DNA of 61,576 nucleotides, counting the filler. It is 3 parts of 3 records of this genome, joined end to end, with 100 filler letters (N's around TTAATTAATTAA, not from the genome) between each part and the next. Parts side by side here need not be neighbours in the genome. Positions count along the whole stretch, not along the records: positions 31,908 to 61,576 come from SRR20825006_2522; 2 more parts are not named here. The stretch is one strand, 5' to 3'. The first letter of the stretch is position 1. Every line of letters begins with the position of its first letter. The position numbers were made by a program, and so were the translations under genes. The notes beneath the pieces were generated by a model. The model made no database searches. It was not told the origin of the DNA and was given only the letters and a program-made list of their open reading frames with translations. Positions 48,900 to 58,585 of this stretch are shown in pieces.

Positions 48900-49574
48900 A
48901 TGAAAAAAATTGTATTGGCGACTTTGATTGCAGCGACGCTAACGGGCTGTGCTGCAGAGGATCCCAACAAAAGAACCAAAACAGGTGCGGCTGTCGGTGC
49001 GGCTGCCGGCGCTCTGCTGGGGTATGCTGTCGATGATGGCACCGGTGGCGTCGTTGCCGGTGCGGCTGTTGGTGCCCTTGCGGGTGCTGGTGTCGGCCGT
49101 TACATGGATAATCAACAAAGAGAATTCGAGCAGGCGCTGGCAGATGAACAGGCCAGGAATGAGCTGCAAATCCAACAGCTTGAAAATGAAACACTGAAAA
49201 TTGATATTGCCAGTGAAGTCTCGTTTGATTTCGATAGTGCATCACTGAAGCCGGCATTCACTCCCACTTTGAATAAGGTAGCCGATGTACTGCAGCGTTA
49301 TCCGAAAACAGTTATTCATGTTGTCGGTCATACTGACAGTGTCGGTTCGGAAAGTTACAATCAGCGTCTCTCGGAGCGCCGTGCCCAGTCAGTCGCCGAT
49401 TATCTGGCCTCTCACGGTGTCGAGCGGAGCCGCCTCACAGCCACTGGTCGCGGTGAACTGGAGCCCCGGGCAACCAACGAAACCGAAGCCGGCCGTCAGC
49501 TCAACCGTCGTGTTGAACTGTTTGTTAAACCGATTGTAGAAGGGCAGGAATCTGAAGCCTACCAAGCGCCGTAA
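48900..49574 (+). CDS. OmpA-domain lipoprotein (YiaD-like)
   Basis: Lipobox LTGC, glycine zipper, GHTDSVG, NQRLSERRA, NRRVE. Confidence 0.92.
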   Translation: MKKIVLATLIAATLTGCAAEDPNKRTKTGAAVGAAAGALLGYAVDDGTGGVVAGAAVGALAGAGVGRYMDNQQREFEQALADEQARNELQIQQLENETLKIDIASEVSFDFDSASLKPAFTPTLNKVADVLQRYPKTVIHVVGHTDSVGSESYNQRLSERRAQSVADYLASHGVERSRLTATGRGELEPRATNETEAGRQLNRRVELFVKPIVEGQESEAYQAP

Positions 49575-50343
49575 ACCAGCAAAAACTGCATCACACACAG
49601 CGATTGATCCTGAGATCATTTATGGCCTGCACGCCGTGCAGGCCGCGCTGGATGTCCCGGTCAGCCGAATCAGGGAGATCTGGCTTGCTGCCGATCGTCA
49701 AGATCAACGGGTTGATGCCATACTTACTGCAGCTAGAGAGCAGGGCATTGTGGTGCATAAAGCTGAGCGGGAAACCCTCGATAAGATTGCACCGGAAGTC
49801 CAGCACCAAGGCTGCGCGGCCCGCTGTAAACCGCTGGAAAGTCTCGATGAAAAGGGGCTGCTGGATCTGGTTGAAAATCTGGATGAGCCGTCCTTCTTGC
49901 TGATTCTGGACGGTGTGCAGGATCCACATAATCTGGGTGCCTGTCTGCGAACAGCCGAAGCGGCCGGTGTCCATGCCGTGGTCGCACCCAAAGATCGCGC
50001 CTCAGGCCTGACAGCCACAGCTGTGAAAATTTCCAGCGGTGCCGCAGAACGGGTGCCGTTTGCGCAGGTCACTAATCTTTCGCGGCTGATGAAAGATCTG
50101 CAGCAGCTCGGTGTGTGGCTGGTGGGCACTTCTGGCGGTGCTGAACAAAGTGTGTTCGAGGTCGATCTGAAAGGACCGGTGGCGATTGTCCTGGGTGCTG
50201 AAGGCAAGGGAATCCGCCGCCTCACCCGTGAAAACTGTGATCAGGTGATTTATATCCCGATGCGGGGAGAGGCGGAGAGCCTCAATGTTTCTGTCGCGGC
50301 AGGCGTGTGCCTGTTTGAAGCTTATCGTCAACGCCACTTGTGA
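49552..50343 (+). CDS. rlmB: 23S rRNA (G2251) 2'-O-methyltransferase; start uncertain (possible CTG at 49552)
   Basis: IIYGLHAV, HQG, LDGVQDPHNLGACLR, GAEGKG, ESLNVSVA (SPOUT). The conserved N-terminal motif precedes the first GTG (49636). Confidence 0.9.
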   Translation: MKPTKRRKPAKTASHTAIDPEIIYGLHAVQAALDVPVSRIREIWLAADRQDQRVDAILTAAREQGIVVHKAERETLDKIAPEVQHQGCAARCKPLESLDEKGLLDLVENLDEPSFLLILDGVQDPHNLGACLRTAEAAGVHAVVAPKDRASGLTATAVKISSGAAERVPFAQVTNLSRLMKDLQQLGVWLVGTSGGAEQSVFEVDLKGPVAIVLGAEGKGIRRLTRENCDQVIYIPMRGEAESLNVSVAAGVCLFEAYRQRHL

Positions 50344-50400
50344 GTGGCAGAAAAAATCAAGTAAAATGATAGATTGCCTCTGATATATTTATCAGGCAAA

Positions 50401-50453
50401 ACTCCTTGCTTTGTGGGTCGCCCATAAAGCTGTTTAAACCGTGAGGAGCTCTA
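50401..50453 (+). ncRNA. S6:S18 ribosomal protein leader (cis-regulatory)
   Basis: CTCCTT pairs with GAGGAG (the SD); inner stem GCTTTGTGGG/CCCATAAAGC; unpaired CCG before the SD; directly 5' of rpsF. Confidence 0.75.
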
Positions 50454-50792
50454 ATGAGACATTACGAAATTGTGTTTTTGGTCCACCCTGACCAGAGCGA
50501 GCAAGTCCCCGGCATGATCGAGCGTTACACACAAACGCTGACAAGCCAGGGCGGTACTATCCACCGTCAGGAAGATTGGGGTCGTCGTCAACTGGCATAT
50601 CCCATCAATAAAGTGCACAAAGCTCACTACGTTCTGATGAATGTCGAGTGCGACGTTGAGCAACTCAACGAAGTCACCACGGCTTTCCGTTTCAACGATG
50701 CTGTTATCCGTCATCTGGTTGTCAACATGGACGAAGCGGTTACTGAACCGTCACCCATGATGCAAAAAGAAGAAGATAAAAAATCAGCTTAA
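50454..50792 (+). CDS. rpsF: 30S ribosomal protein S6
   Basis: [30 protein letters not shown]. Confidence 0.98.
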   Translation: MRHYEIVFLVHPDQSEQVPGMIERYTQTLTSQGGTIHRQEDWGRRQLAYPINKVHKAHYVLMNVECDVEQLNEVTTAFRFNDAVIRHLVVNMDEAVTEPSPMMQKEEDKKSA

Positions 50793-50821
50793 GGCTGCAT
50801 TGACTATTTAGGAGAATCACA

Positions 50822-51049
50822 ATGGCTCGTTTTTTTAGACGTAGAAAATTTTGTCGCTTTACCGCTGAAGGTATTAAGCAAATCGACTACAAAGATATCA
50901 ATTTGCTGAAAAATTATGTCACTGAAACAGGAAAAATTGTACCCAGCCGTATCACAGGTACCAAAGCGCGTTACCAACGCCAGCTGTCTACTTGTGTGAA
51001 GCGTGCGCGTTTCCTGGCATTGTTGCCTTACTGCGACATGCACAAGTAA
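50822..51049 (+). CDS. rpsR: 30S ribosomal protein S18
   Basis: [28 protein letters not shown]. Confidence 0.98.
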   Translation: MARFFRRRKFCRFTAEGIKQIDYKDINLLKNYVTETGKIVPSRITGTKARYQRQLSTCVKRARFLALLPYCDMHK

Positions 51050-51090
51050 TTCAGTTGATTCAAACACCTGATTAACGTTAGTTCATTATC

Positions 51091-52002
51091 ATGCTGCGAG
51101 GAATTGCAGATTTTGCCATGCAGGGCAGATGGCAAGCGGGCGTTACCGCGGCGCTGCTGTCTGCAGCAGCTATGATGCTGCCACCGCTGAATTATCTGGC
51201 GAGTGGCGTCATCGCGCTGACAACCCTGCGAATGGGGCCCGGAGAGGGGGCTAAAGTTGTGACTGCCACACTGGTGGTGTTCACGCTGATGGCCTGGTTC
51301 TTACTGGGACAACCCTGGGTGGCCGGTTTAATCCTGTTGACCAGTTGGCTGCCGGTTTTTCTGGCTACACTGGCACTGGGCTTTTCCCGTTCTCTGGCAA
51401 CAGCACTGCTGGCGTCAAGCGGACTGGGCATACTGACCATTCTACTGTTGCATTTGCTGGTTCCTGACCTGACCGGCTGGTGGCGCGAAATGATCGAGCC
51501 TTTCATGGCGTCGCTCAGTGAACAGCCCGGCTGGCAATTAGGGCAGGATGAAACAGCCGAGATGACGAACAACCTGGCGGTCATGATGACCGGCTTGATT
51601 GCTGCCGGTGTCAGCTTTAACGCGGTTATCGGTTTGCTTATCGGCCGCGCCTGGCAATCACAGCTGTTTAATGCGGGCGCTTTCGGCAATGAGTTCAGAG
51701 AACTGGAGCTGGGTCGACCTGCAGCCATTCTGACCGCGCTGCTGATGGGGCTGACATTGACACCACTCAGTGATTCGCTGAGATTGCTGGCAGATTGCTT
51801 GCCGGTGATGCTGGTGGCTTTCGGGATGCAGGGCCTCGCTATCGTGCATGCGATTGTGAAGTTCAGACAGAAAAGTAAAGCCTGGTTGGTAACGATGTAT
51901 GTACTGTTGGTGCTGATGCTGCCGCAAATGGTAATGATGCTGGCAACCTTAGGTGTTTTAGATCAGTGGTTTAATTTCCGCAAACGCTCTAAAGTCGAGT
52001 AA
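51091..52002 (+). CDS. DUF2232/YybS-like membrane protein
   Basis: Highly hydrophobic; GRAWQSQLFNAGAFGNEF; usual position between rpsR and rplI. Confidence 0.8.
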   Translation: MLRGIADFAMQGRWQAGVTAALLSAAAMMLPPLNYLASGVIALTTLRMGPGEGAKVVTATLVVFTLMAWFLLGQPWVAGLILLTSWLPVFLATLALGFSRSLATALLASSGLGILTILLLHLLVPDLTGWWREMIEPFMASLSEQPGWQLGQDETAEMTNNLAVMMTGLIAAGVSFNAVIGLLIGRAWQSQLFNAGAFGNEFRELELGRPAAILTALLMGLTLTPLSDSLRLLADCLPVMLVAFGMQGLAIVHAIVKFRQKSKAWLVTMYVLLVLMLPQMVMMLATLGVLDQWFNFRKRSKVE

Positions 52003-52050
52003 CGCGGAGTTTTGAATAAGCAGTCTTTGACTGCGAATGAGGGTAGAACG

Positions 52051-52599
52051 ATGCAAGTAATTTTGCTAGAAAAAGTTCAAAAGCTTGGTAGCCTGGGTGA
52101 GGAAGTCACCGTTAAATCCGGCTATGGCCGTAATTTCCTGGTACCAACCGGTAAAGCACTGCCTGCCACCAAGCTCAACAGAGAAAAATTTGAAGCACGT
52201 CGTGCTGAACTGGAAGCCGCAGCGGCTAAAGTCCTGGCTGAAGCAGAAAATCGCAAAGCGAAACTGGATGCTGCTGGTGATCTGAACATCATGGCTAACG
52301 CCGGTGTAGAAGGTAAATTGTTCGGTTCCATCACCGCTGCAGACATCGCTGATGCGTTGAATGCTGCCGGTGCAGAAGTGGATCGCAATGAAGTACGCCT
52401 GCCGACCGGTCCGCTGCGTCACACAGGTGAATACAACATTGATATTCAGCTGCACGCAGACGTGATTGTCACAGTCAAAGTGACCGTGACTTCGGAAGCC
52501 GAACTGCAGGCACGCGCTGAAGCGGAAGAAGCGAGAAAAGCACGTGATGTGGCTCGCGACGAAGCAGAAGCAATTGCTAAAGCTCAAGAAGACGCTTAA
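52051..52599 (+). CDS. rplI: 50S ribosomal protein L9 with C-terminal extension
   Basis: MQVILLEKV...[24 protein letters not shown]. Confidence 0.97.
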   Translation: MQVILLEKVQKLGSLGEEVTVKSGYGRNFLVPTGKALPATKLNREKFEARRAELEAAAAKVLAEAENRKAKLDAAGDLNIMANAGVEGKLFGSITAADIADALNAAGAEVDRNEVRLPTGPLRHTGEYNIDIQLHADVIVTVKVTVTSEAELQARAEAEEARKARDVARDEAEAIAKAQEDA

Positions 52600-52680
52600 T
52601 GCTGACAGCTGAGAGACTTCAGCCAGCGCAGAAACAGGCCTGTGCTGAGTCGACCAGCTTAGTTTGACGCTGAAAGCATA

Positions 52681-52708
52681 AGGACCGGGTTTGCCCGGTC
52701 CTGTTTTC
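52681..52708 (+). terminator. Intrinsic terminator of the rpsF operon
   Basis: aggaccggg-tttg-cccggtcct-gttttc. Confidence 0.75.
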
Positions 52709-52774
52709 TGCTAAACTTTCAACTCAGCTCTGAGTTGTATTTTGTTTCTTTCTTAATCGGGTTTAGGTGGCACT

Positions 52775-54187
52775 GTGGAAGAAATCAGTTATCCAGAATC
52801 GTTCAAGGATACCGCCACAGAGGCCCTGAAAGTCCCGCCTCATTCCGTAGAAGCTGAACAGTCTGTGCTGGGCGGCCTGATGCTTGATAACAGCGCCTGG
52901 GAACATGTGGCGGATGTCCTTGTCGAGCAGGACTTCTATCGACACGACCACCAGTTGATTTTCCGTGCGATTGCGCAGTTGGTGGAGCAGTCACAACCGG
53001 TCGATGTCATTACCCTTGCGGAATGGCATGACAAACGCGGTGAACTGGACCAGGTCGGTGAACTCGCTTATCTGGGCATGCTGGCCCGCAATACCCCCAG
53101 TGCAGCCAATATCAGCGCCTATGCTGAAATCGTTCGCGAACGGGCGATCCTGCGGCAACTGATCAAGGTTGGTAACAGCATTTCCAACATGGCCTTCAAA
53201 CCGGAAGGCATGACCAAGGAAGAAATGCTCGATATTGCCGAGCGCTATGTCTTCGAAATTGCTGAAAAAGGCGCCAAGCGGGGTGGTGGCTTTATTCAGG
53301 TCAAGGATGTACTCAGCAAGGTTGTCGATCGTATCGACTCGCTGTTCGAACAGGACAGCTCCATTACCGGTCTGCCGACCGGCTTTCTTGATTTCGATGA
53401 ACAGACCTCGGGTCTACAGGCTGCCGATCTGATTATCGTGGCCGGCCGGCCGTCAATGGGTAAAACCACCTTTGCCATGAATATTGCCGAGAATGGTGCG
53501 ATTCACAGTAAAAAGCCGGTGGCCGTGTTCAGCATGGAAATGCCGGCAGATGCACTGGCCATGCGGATGCTGTCCTCACTGGGCCGTATTGACCAGCATC
53601 GCCTGCGTACCGGTAAGCTCAATGATGATGATTGGCCCAGGCTGACATCGGCAATCGCCCTGCTTAATGAGGCGCCGCTGTTTATTGATGACACCCCGGC
53701 CCTGTCACCGACTGAATTGCGTGCCCGTGCCCGCCGGCTCAAGCGTGAACATGGCCTCAGTCTGATTGTCATCGACTATCTGCAGTTGATGCAGGGCAAT
53801 GCCGGCAGGGCGGCGGAAAACCGTGCGACCGAGATTTCCGAGATTTCCCGTTCGCTGAAAGCGCTGGCAAAAGAACTGGATGTACCGTTAATTGCGTTGT
53901 CGCAGCTAAACCGCAGTCTCGAACAGCGGCCCAATAAACGCCCTGTCATGTCGGATCTGCGTGAATCAGGGGCGATTGAACAGGATGCGGATATTATCGT
54001 GTTTATTTACCGTGATGAAGTTTACAACGAAGACTCAGCTGACAAAGGCAAAGCTGAAATCATTATCGGCAAACAGCGTAATGGTCCGATTGGCACTGTT
54101 GCACTGACCTTCCAGGGCAAATACACCCGTTTCGAGAATTTCGCCCCCAGCTATTATGATGATCAAATGGGTTACGACGGAGAATAA
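52775..54187 (+). CDS. dnaB: Replicative DNA helicase
   Basis: PPHSVEAEQSVLG, AGRPSMGKT, IDYLQL, SDLRESGAIEQDAD; no intein. Confidence 0.98.
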   Translation: MEEISYPESFKDTATEALKVPPHSVEAEQSVLGGLMLDNSAWEHVADVLVEQDFYRHDHQLIFRAIAQLVEQSQPVDVITLAEWHDKRGELDQVGELAYLGMLARNTPSAANISAYAEIVRERAILRQLIKVGNSISNMAFKPEGMTKEEMLDIAERYVFEIAEKGAKRGGGFIQVKDVLSKVVDRIDSLFEQDSSITGLPTGFLDFDEQTSGLQAADLIIVAGRPSMGKTTFAMNIAENGAIHSKKPVAVFSMEMPADALAMRMLSSLGRIDQHRLRTGKLNDDDWPRLTSAIALLNEAPLFIDDTPALSPTELRARARRLKREHGLSLIVIDYLQLMQGNAGRAAENRATEISEISRSLKALAKELDVPLIALSQLNRSLEQRPNKRPVMSDLRESGAIEQDADIIVFIYRDEVYNEDSADKGKAEIIIGKQRNGPIGTVALTFQGKYTRFENFAPSYYDDQMGYDGE

Positions 54188-54189
54188 TC

Positions 54190-55275
54190 TTGGCGTTTCC
54201 CGTCGCTTCCATCAATCTGGCTGCTTTACGACATAATCTTGCCCGTGTTCGCGCTTTTGCTCCGAACAGTCAGGTGATGAGTGTGATTAAAGCAGATGCC
54301 TACGGTCACGGCGTAATGGCGGTGGCCGAAGCACTGGCTGACAGTGATGCCTTTGCCGTTGCCAGACTCAGTGAGGGCATTCACCTGCGCCAGCAGGGTA
54401 TTGAAAAGCCAATTGTGCTACTGGAAGGCGTCAATACCGAAGCCGATTTTATCGCTGCAGCAAATTATCAACTCTCCCCGGTGATTCATCTGCACAGCCA
54501 GATCCAATTGTTGCAGACCATAGCGCTTCCGCAAGCACTTCAGTTCAACTGGCTGATGATCGACAGCGGCATGCACCGTCTCGGTATCACACCGGAGCAG
54601 GCACCGGCGGCACTGGAGATCCTCAAAGCCTGCGACAATCTCAGTGATGAAATCGGCCTGATGAGTCATTTTGCCAACTCCGATCTGGTGGGTGATAAAC
54701 GCAACCAGCAGCAACTGGCGCCGATGCAGACTTTACGGGAACAAACCGGCTTAGCGGTTTGTTTAGCCAATTCCGCGGCGGTGATCTCTTATCCTGAATC
54801 TCATCTGGACTGGGTCCGGCCCGGTCTGATGCTGTACGGTATTTCACCGTTTGATGATAAATCAGGCCACGAGATGGGCCTTGAGCCTGTGATGCAGCTT
54901 AAAACCCGGCTTATCGCCGTTTATGATATTGATGCGGGTGAAGAGGTTGGTTACGGCGGCGACTGGACTGCCGAAGTGCCAACCCGAATCGGGATCGCCA
55001 GCATTGGCTACGGCGATGGATATAACCGCCACCTTTCTAACAAGTCCGAGGTGCTGCTTCGCGGACAGAAAGCCCCCGTAGTAGGACGTGTGTCGATGGA
55101 TACGATTTGTCTTAACCTCAACGATTTTGAACAGGCAGTCGTCGGTGATGAAGTGATTCTTTGGGGCAAACCGGAACTGCCTGTTGAACAACTGGCCGAG
55201 CTGGCCGGGACGATTCCCTACGAACTGGTCACGGTCGTTTGTCAGCGAGTACACAGGGAACGGTCAGATGGCTAA
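54190..55275 (+). CDS. alr: Alanine racemase
   Basis: VIKADAYGHG (PLP Lys), GMHRLG, VRPGLMLYG, GRVSMD. Confidence 0.96.
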   Translation: MAFPVASINLAALRHNLARVRAFAPNSQVMSVIKADAYGHGVMAVAEALADSDAFAVARLSEGIHLRQQGIEKPIVLLEGVNTEADFIAAANYQLSPVIHLHSQIQLLQTIALPQALQFNWLMIDSGMHRLGITPEQAPAALEILKACDNLSDEIGLMSHFANSDLVGDKRNQQQLAPMQTLREQTGLAVCLANSAAVISYPESHLDWVRPGLMLYGISPFDDKSGHEMGLEPVMQLKTRLIAVYDIDAGEEVGYGGDWTAEVPTRIGIASIGYGDGYNRHLSNKSEVLLRGQKAPVVGRVSMDTICLNLNDFEQAVVGDEVILWGKPELPVEQLAELAGTIPYELVTVVCQRVHRERSDG

Positions 55276-56662
55276 AGCAAAACGCATTTATGTCTGCAAG
55301 GAATGTGGCGCTCAGACACCGCAATGGGCCGGGCGCTGCAATGATTGTGGTGCCTGGAACAGTCTCATCGAAGAAATTCAGGCTGGCGCATCTTCGGCTT
55401 CCCAGGCTGCGATTCAGCGCCATAGCGGTTATGCCGGCGAACAGAAAAAACAGGTGCAGGCGCTGTCCGAAGTCAAATCCGAGCAGGCAGTTCGCTGGAC
55501 GACCGGCTTACCGGAACTGGATCGTGTTCTGGGCGGCGGCCTGGTCACCGGCTCAGTGGTGTTGATTGGGGGTGATCCGGGGATAGGTAAATCGACGCTG
55601 CTGTTGCAGGCCATGGCTATCATGGCTGATAGCAGTGGGATCAAACCGCTTTATATCAGCGGTGAGGAATCTTTGCAGCAAATTCGTTTGCGTGCAGAAA
55701 GACTGCAACTGGAACAGGCGCCATTGGAACTGCTGGCTGAAACCCATGCCGAACAGATGATCGCCACCGCCGAGCAACGTAAACCGCAGGTTATGGTCAT
55801 TGATTCGATTCAGACCGTGTTCACTGAGCAACTGCAGTCGGCACCGGGCACCGTAGCGCAGGTTCGAGAGAGTGCGGCGCAACTGGTGCGCTATGCCAAA
55901 TCCAGTGGTACCACGATGATTCTGGTCGGTCATGTTACCAAGCAGGGAGCCTTGGCAGGACCCCGGGTTCTGGAACATATGGTCGACACCGTCTTGTATT
56001 TTGAGGGCGATACATCAACCCGTTTCCGCATTCTGCGGGCGGTGAAAAACCGCTTTGGCGCCGTCAATGAACTGGGCGTGTTCGGAATGACGGAGCTGGG
56101 CCTGAAAGAAGTCAGTAACCCGTCAGCGATTTTTCTGACACGAGGTGAGGAAGCGGTGCCGGGCAGCGTGGTGACCGTCATCCGTGAGGGCAGCCGGCCG
56201 ATGCTGGTTGAGGTACAGGCTTTGGTTGACAGTAGTCCGCTGGGCAACCCGCGACGCGTGACAGTAGGGCTGGAACAGAACCGGCTGGCAATGCTGCTGG
56301 CGATTCTGCATCGGCATGGCGGTATTACCTGTCATGATCAGGATGTGTTCATCAATGTGGTCGGTGGAGTAAAACTGAGCGAAACCGGTGCTGATCTGGC
56401 GGTACTGGCAGCGATTATTTCCAGTTTGAGAAACCGCGCCTTACCCAGAGACTGGGTCCTTTTCGGCGAGGTCGGGCTGACCGGTGAAATCCGTCCGGTC
56501 CAGGCTGGTGAAGAGCGGATTCGTGATGCAGGCAAACATGGCTTTTCTCATGCGATTGTCCCTGCCGCCAATGCGCCTCGTAAGGCGAGCAAAGAGATTA
56601 AGGTGACACCGGTCAGACACCTGTCAGAAGTGATCAATGCCTTGAGAGAGGCAACCGGCTAA
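55268..56662 (+). CDS. radA: DNA repair protein RadA/Sms
   Basis: C4 zinc finger, GDPGIGKST, KNRFG motif. Confidence 0.97.
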   Translation: MAKAKRIYVCKECGAQTPQWAGRCNDCGAWNSLIEEIQAGASSASQAAIQRHSGYAGEQKKQVQALSEVKSEQAVRWTTGLPELDRVLGGGLVTGSVVLIGGDPGIGKSTLLLQAMAIMADSSGIKPLYISGEESLQQIRLRAERLQLEQAPLELLAETHAEQMIATAEQRKPQVMVIDSIQTVFTEQLQSAPGTVAQVRESAAQLVRYAKSSGTTMILVGHVTKQGALAGPRVLEHMVDTVLYFEGDTSTRFRILRAVKNRFGAVNELGVFGMTELGLKEVSNPSAIFLTRGEEAVPGSVVTVIREGSRPMLVEVQALVDSSPLGNPRRVTVGLEQNRLAMLLAILHRHGGITCHDQDVFINVVGGVKLSETGADLAVLAAIISSLRNRALPRDWVLFGEVGLTGEIRPVQAGEERIRDAGKHGFSHAIVPAANAPRKASKEIKVTPVRHLSEVINALREATG

Positions 56663-57042
56663 TGCTTTTCTATCAGGGCTGAAAGCTCACGGTGAAGCAG
56701 GCCCTCGTCGCCCAGGTTGAGTTCCATCAACCTTTTCAGATGGGTGATGCTGTCCAGATCGATTTCACGTGATTCAAAGCCGATAGTGTCGTCATCAATA
56801 TGCGCGACAGTCGCATGCATCTCAATAACAACCTGTCCCTGCTCGAGCAGTAAATCCACCACACAGGCCTGCCCCAGCCGCGCCTGCCACTGGCCGGGTT
56901 TGACAATAAGCAGGCCTTTTAACGATACATCCAGCACGGTGCAATTAAGAAATTCATCACCGTCATCGGTGTTGATATGGGCGATTGCATCAAATGGAAT
57001 GCGGCTGAAACGACGTCTTTCCTGCGTTGCGTGATCGGTCAT
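56659..57042 (-). CDS. Single PilZ-domain c-di-GMP binding protein
   Basis: RRRFSR and DVSLKG motifs. Confidence 0.9.
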   Translation of the reverse strand: MTDHATQERRRFSRIPFDAIAHINTDDGDEFLNCTVLDVSLKGLLIVKPGQWQARLGQACVVDLLLEQGQVVIEMHATVAHIDDDTIGFESREIDLDSITHLKRLMELNLGDEGLLHRELSALIEKH

Positions 57043-57099
57043 TTGTCCACTCCCCGTTAACTTCATTTGATACTATCACTGTTTTCAACACAGGAGTAA

Positions 57100-57528
57100 G
57101 TGATGCTGTGGGTCAAAGCCTTCCATCTGATATTTATCGTGACCTGGTTCTCGGCTATGTTCTACCTGCCCCGATTGTTTGTCTATCACGCCCTCTGTGA
57201 GGATGAAGCTGGTAATGCGCGCTTTAAAATCATGGAGCGTAAACTTTACCGCGGCATCATGACCCCCAGTGCCATTCTCACCCTGGTGTTTGGACTGTGG
57301 CTACTAAGCTTTTATTCGCTGGAGCAGATTGCCACGATGGGCTGGCTGCATGCCAAACTGACTTTGGTGATTCTGTTATTTGCCTATCATGGTGTCTGCG
57401 GCCGCATGCTCAGACAGTTTGCTGCTGATAATAACCAGCGCAGTCATCGTTTTTATCGCTGGTTTAACGAGTTCCCGGTCTTACTGTTAATCGTCGTGAT
57501 TATTCTGGCGGTGGTGAAACCTTTCTGA
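57100..57528 (+). CDS. hemJ: Protoporphyrinogen oxidase HemJ
   Basis: WVKAFH, FYLPRLFVYH, MERKLY, WLHAKL, FNEFP, VKPF. Confidence 0.93.
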   Translation: MMLWVKAFHLIFIVTWFSAMFYLPRLFVYHALCEDEAGNARFKIMERKLYRGIMTPSAILTLVFGLWLLSFYSLEQIATMGWLHAKLTLVILLFAYHGVCGRMLRQFAADNNQRSHRFYRWFNEFPVLLLIVVIILAVVKPF

Positions 57529-57535
57529 CAGCAAT

Positions 57536-57561
57536 AAAAAAGGCTCCCTCGGGAGCCTTTT
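57536..57561. terminator. Bidirectional intrinsic terminator
   Basis: aaaaaaggctccc-tc-gggagcctttt between convergent hemJ and dolP. Confidence 0.8.
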
Positions 57562-57579
57562 CCGTATAAGCAAAATCGC

Positions 57580-58155
57580 CTAATCAGTATATTCAAAGAT
57601 TTTAACTACACGCTGAACGCCAGCCGTATTCGTCACCAGATTGACCGCCTGTTGAGCTTCAGCGCGGCTGACCAGCCCCAGCAGATAGACGATGCCCCGT
57701 TCAGTCACGACCTTGATATGAAAAGGATCAATGCGTTCATCGGTGGCCATTTTGGCTTTGATTTTAGAAGTAATCCAGGTATCGGTACTGCGAGAGGGCA
57801 AGGCACTGGGTGCCGCGATTGCCAGTTCATTATGAATCCGTTTGACTTTAGGAATCTGTTTCACTTCGGCAGTCGCTTTTTGCTTCAGTGATTCGCTCGG
57901 CGTCTCACCGGTGAGCAATACCACGCCGTTGAAGCTGGTGACATTGATATGACTCTGGTCGTAAATTTCCTTGTTGTCAAACAGCGCATAGGCGGCTTTG
58001 AACTCGATACCCTGATCATCAATTACCGTTCCTGTAGTGCGTCGATCATAGGCCACCGCTGCCCCTGTGGCAGCACCACCGACAACGGCAGGTGCACAGC
58101 CCTGAATTAGCAGGACAGGGAGAGCCAGCCAGGCAAGATTTTTTAACTTAGTCAT
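57580..58155 (-). CDS. dolP: Dual-BON domain lipoprotein DolP/YraP
   Basis: Lipobox IQGC, DRRTTGTVIDD, DTWITSKIK, VYLLGLV; yra locus. Confidence 0.88.
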   Translation of the reverse strand: MTKLKNLAWLALPVLLIQGCAPAVVGGAATGAAVAYDRRTTGTVIDDQGIEFKAAYALFDNKEIYDQSHINVTSFNGVVLLTGETPSESLKQKATAEVKQIPKVKRIHNELAIAAPSALPSRSTDTWITSKIKAKMATDERIDPFHIKVVTERGIVYLLGLVSRAEAQQAVNLVTNTAGVQRVVKIFEYTD

Positions 58156-58221
58156 ACTGAGCAATCCTCAATTAGAATGTGTTTATTGTTGCTGTTCTGG
58201 TCTTGATTGACCAGCTTAACT

Positions 58222-58584
58222 TCAGCCTTGTTCAAAGGCATTCTGTATCCACTGCATCTCGTAACCATTGTTTGCGAGGCTCACGCCGACCACATCAAAT
58301 CGACAGCTGTCATGCTGGATGCGATGACGCTGCAGATACTGCTCAGCGGTATGGATCAGCCTTCTCTGTTTGGTTCGGGTCACCGTTTCTGCCGCTGTGC
58401 CATAGGCCGAACTGCGACGAAAGCGGACCTCAATAAAAACCAGCACAGTACCATGCTGCATAATAAGATCAATCTCACCGCCGCGACTATGATAATTGCG
58501 GGTCAGCAGCTTCAAGCCCTGTTTTTGCAGATAGCGGCAAACTGCTGTTTCTACTTCTGTGCCTTTATCCCTGGCAAATAGCAT
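58222..58584 (-). CDS. yraN: YraN family putative endonuclease
   Basis: RNYHSRGGEIDLIM, VFIEVRFR, CRFDVV, WIQNAF. Confidence 0.92.
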   Translation of the reverse strand: MLFARDKGTEVETAVCRYLQKQGLKLLTRNYHSRGGEIDLIMQHGTVLVFIEVRFRRSSAYGTAAETVTRTKQRRLIHTAEQYLQRHRIQHDSCRFDVVGVSLANNGYEMQWIQNAFEQG

Positions 58585-58585
58585 A

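Noticed and set aside
52775-54187. Intein in dnaB
   Set aside because: 470 aa is the normal length and the helicase motifs are contiguous.
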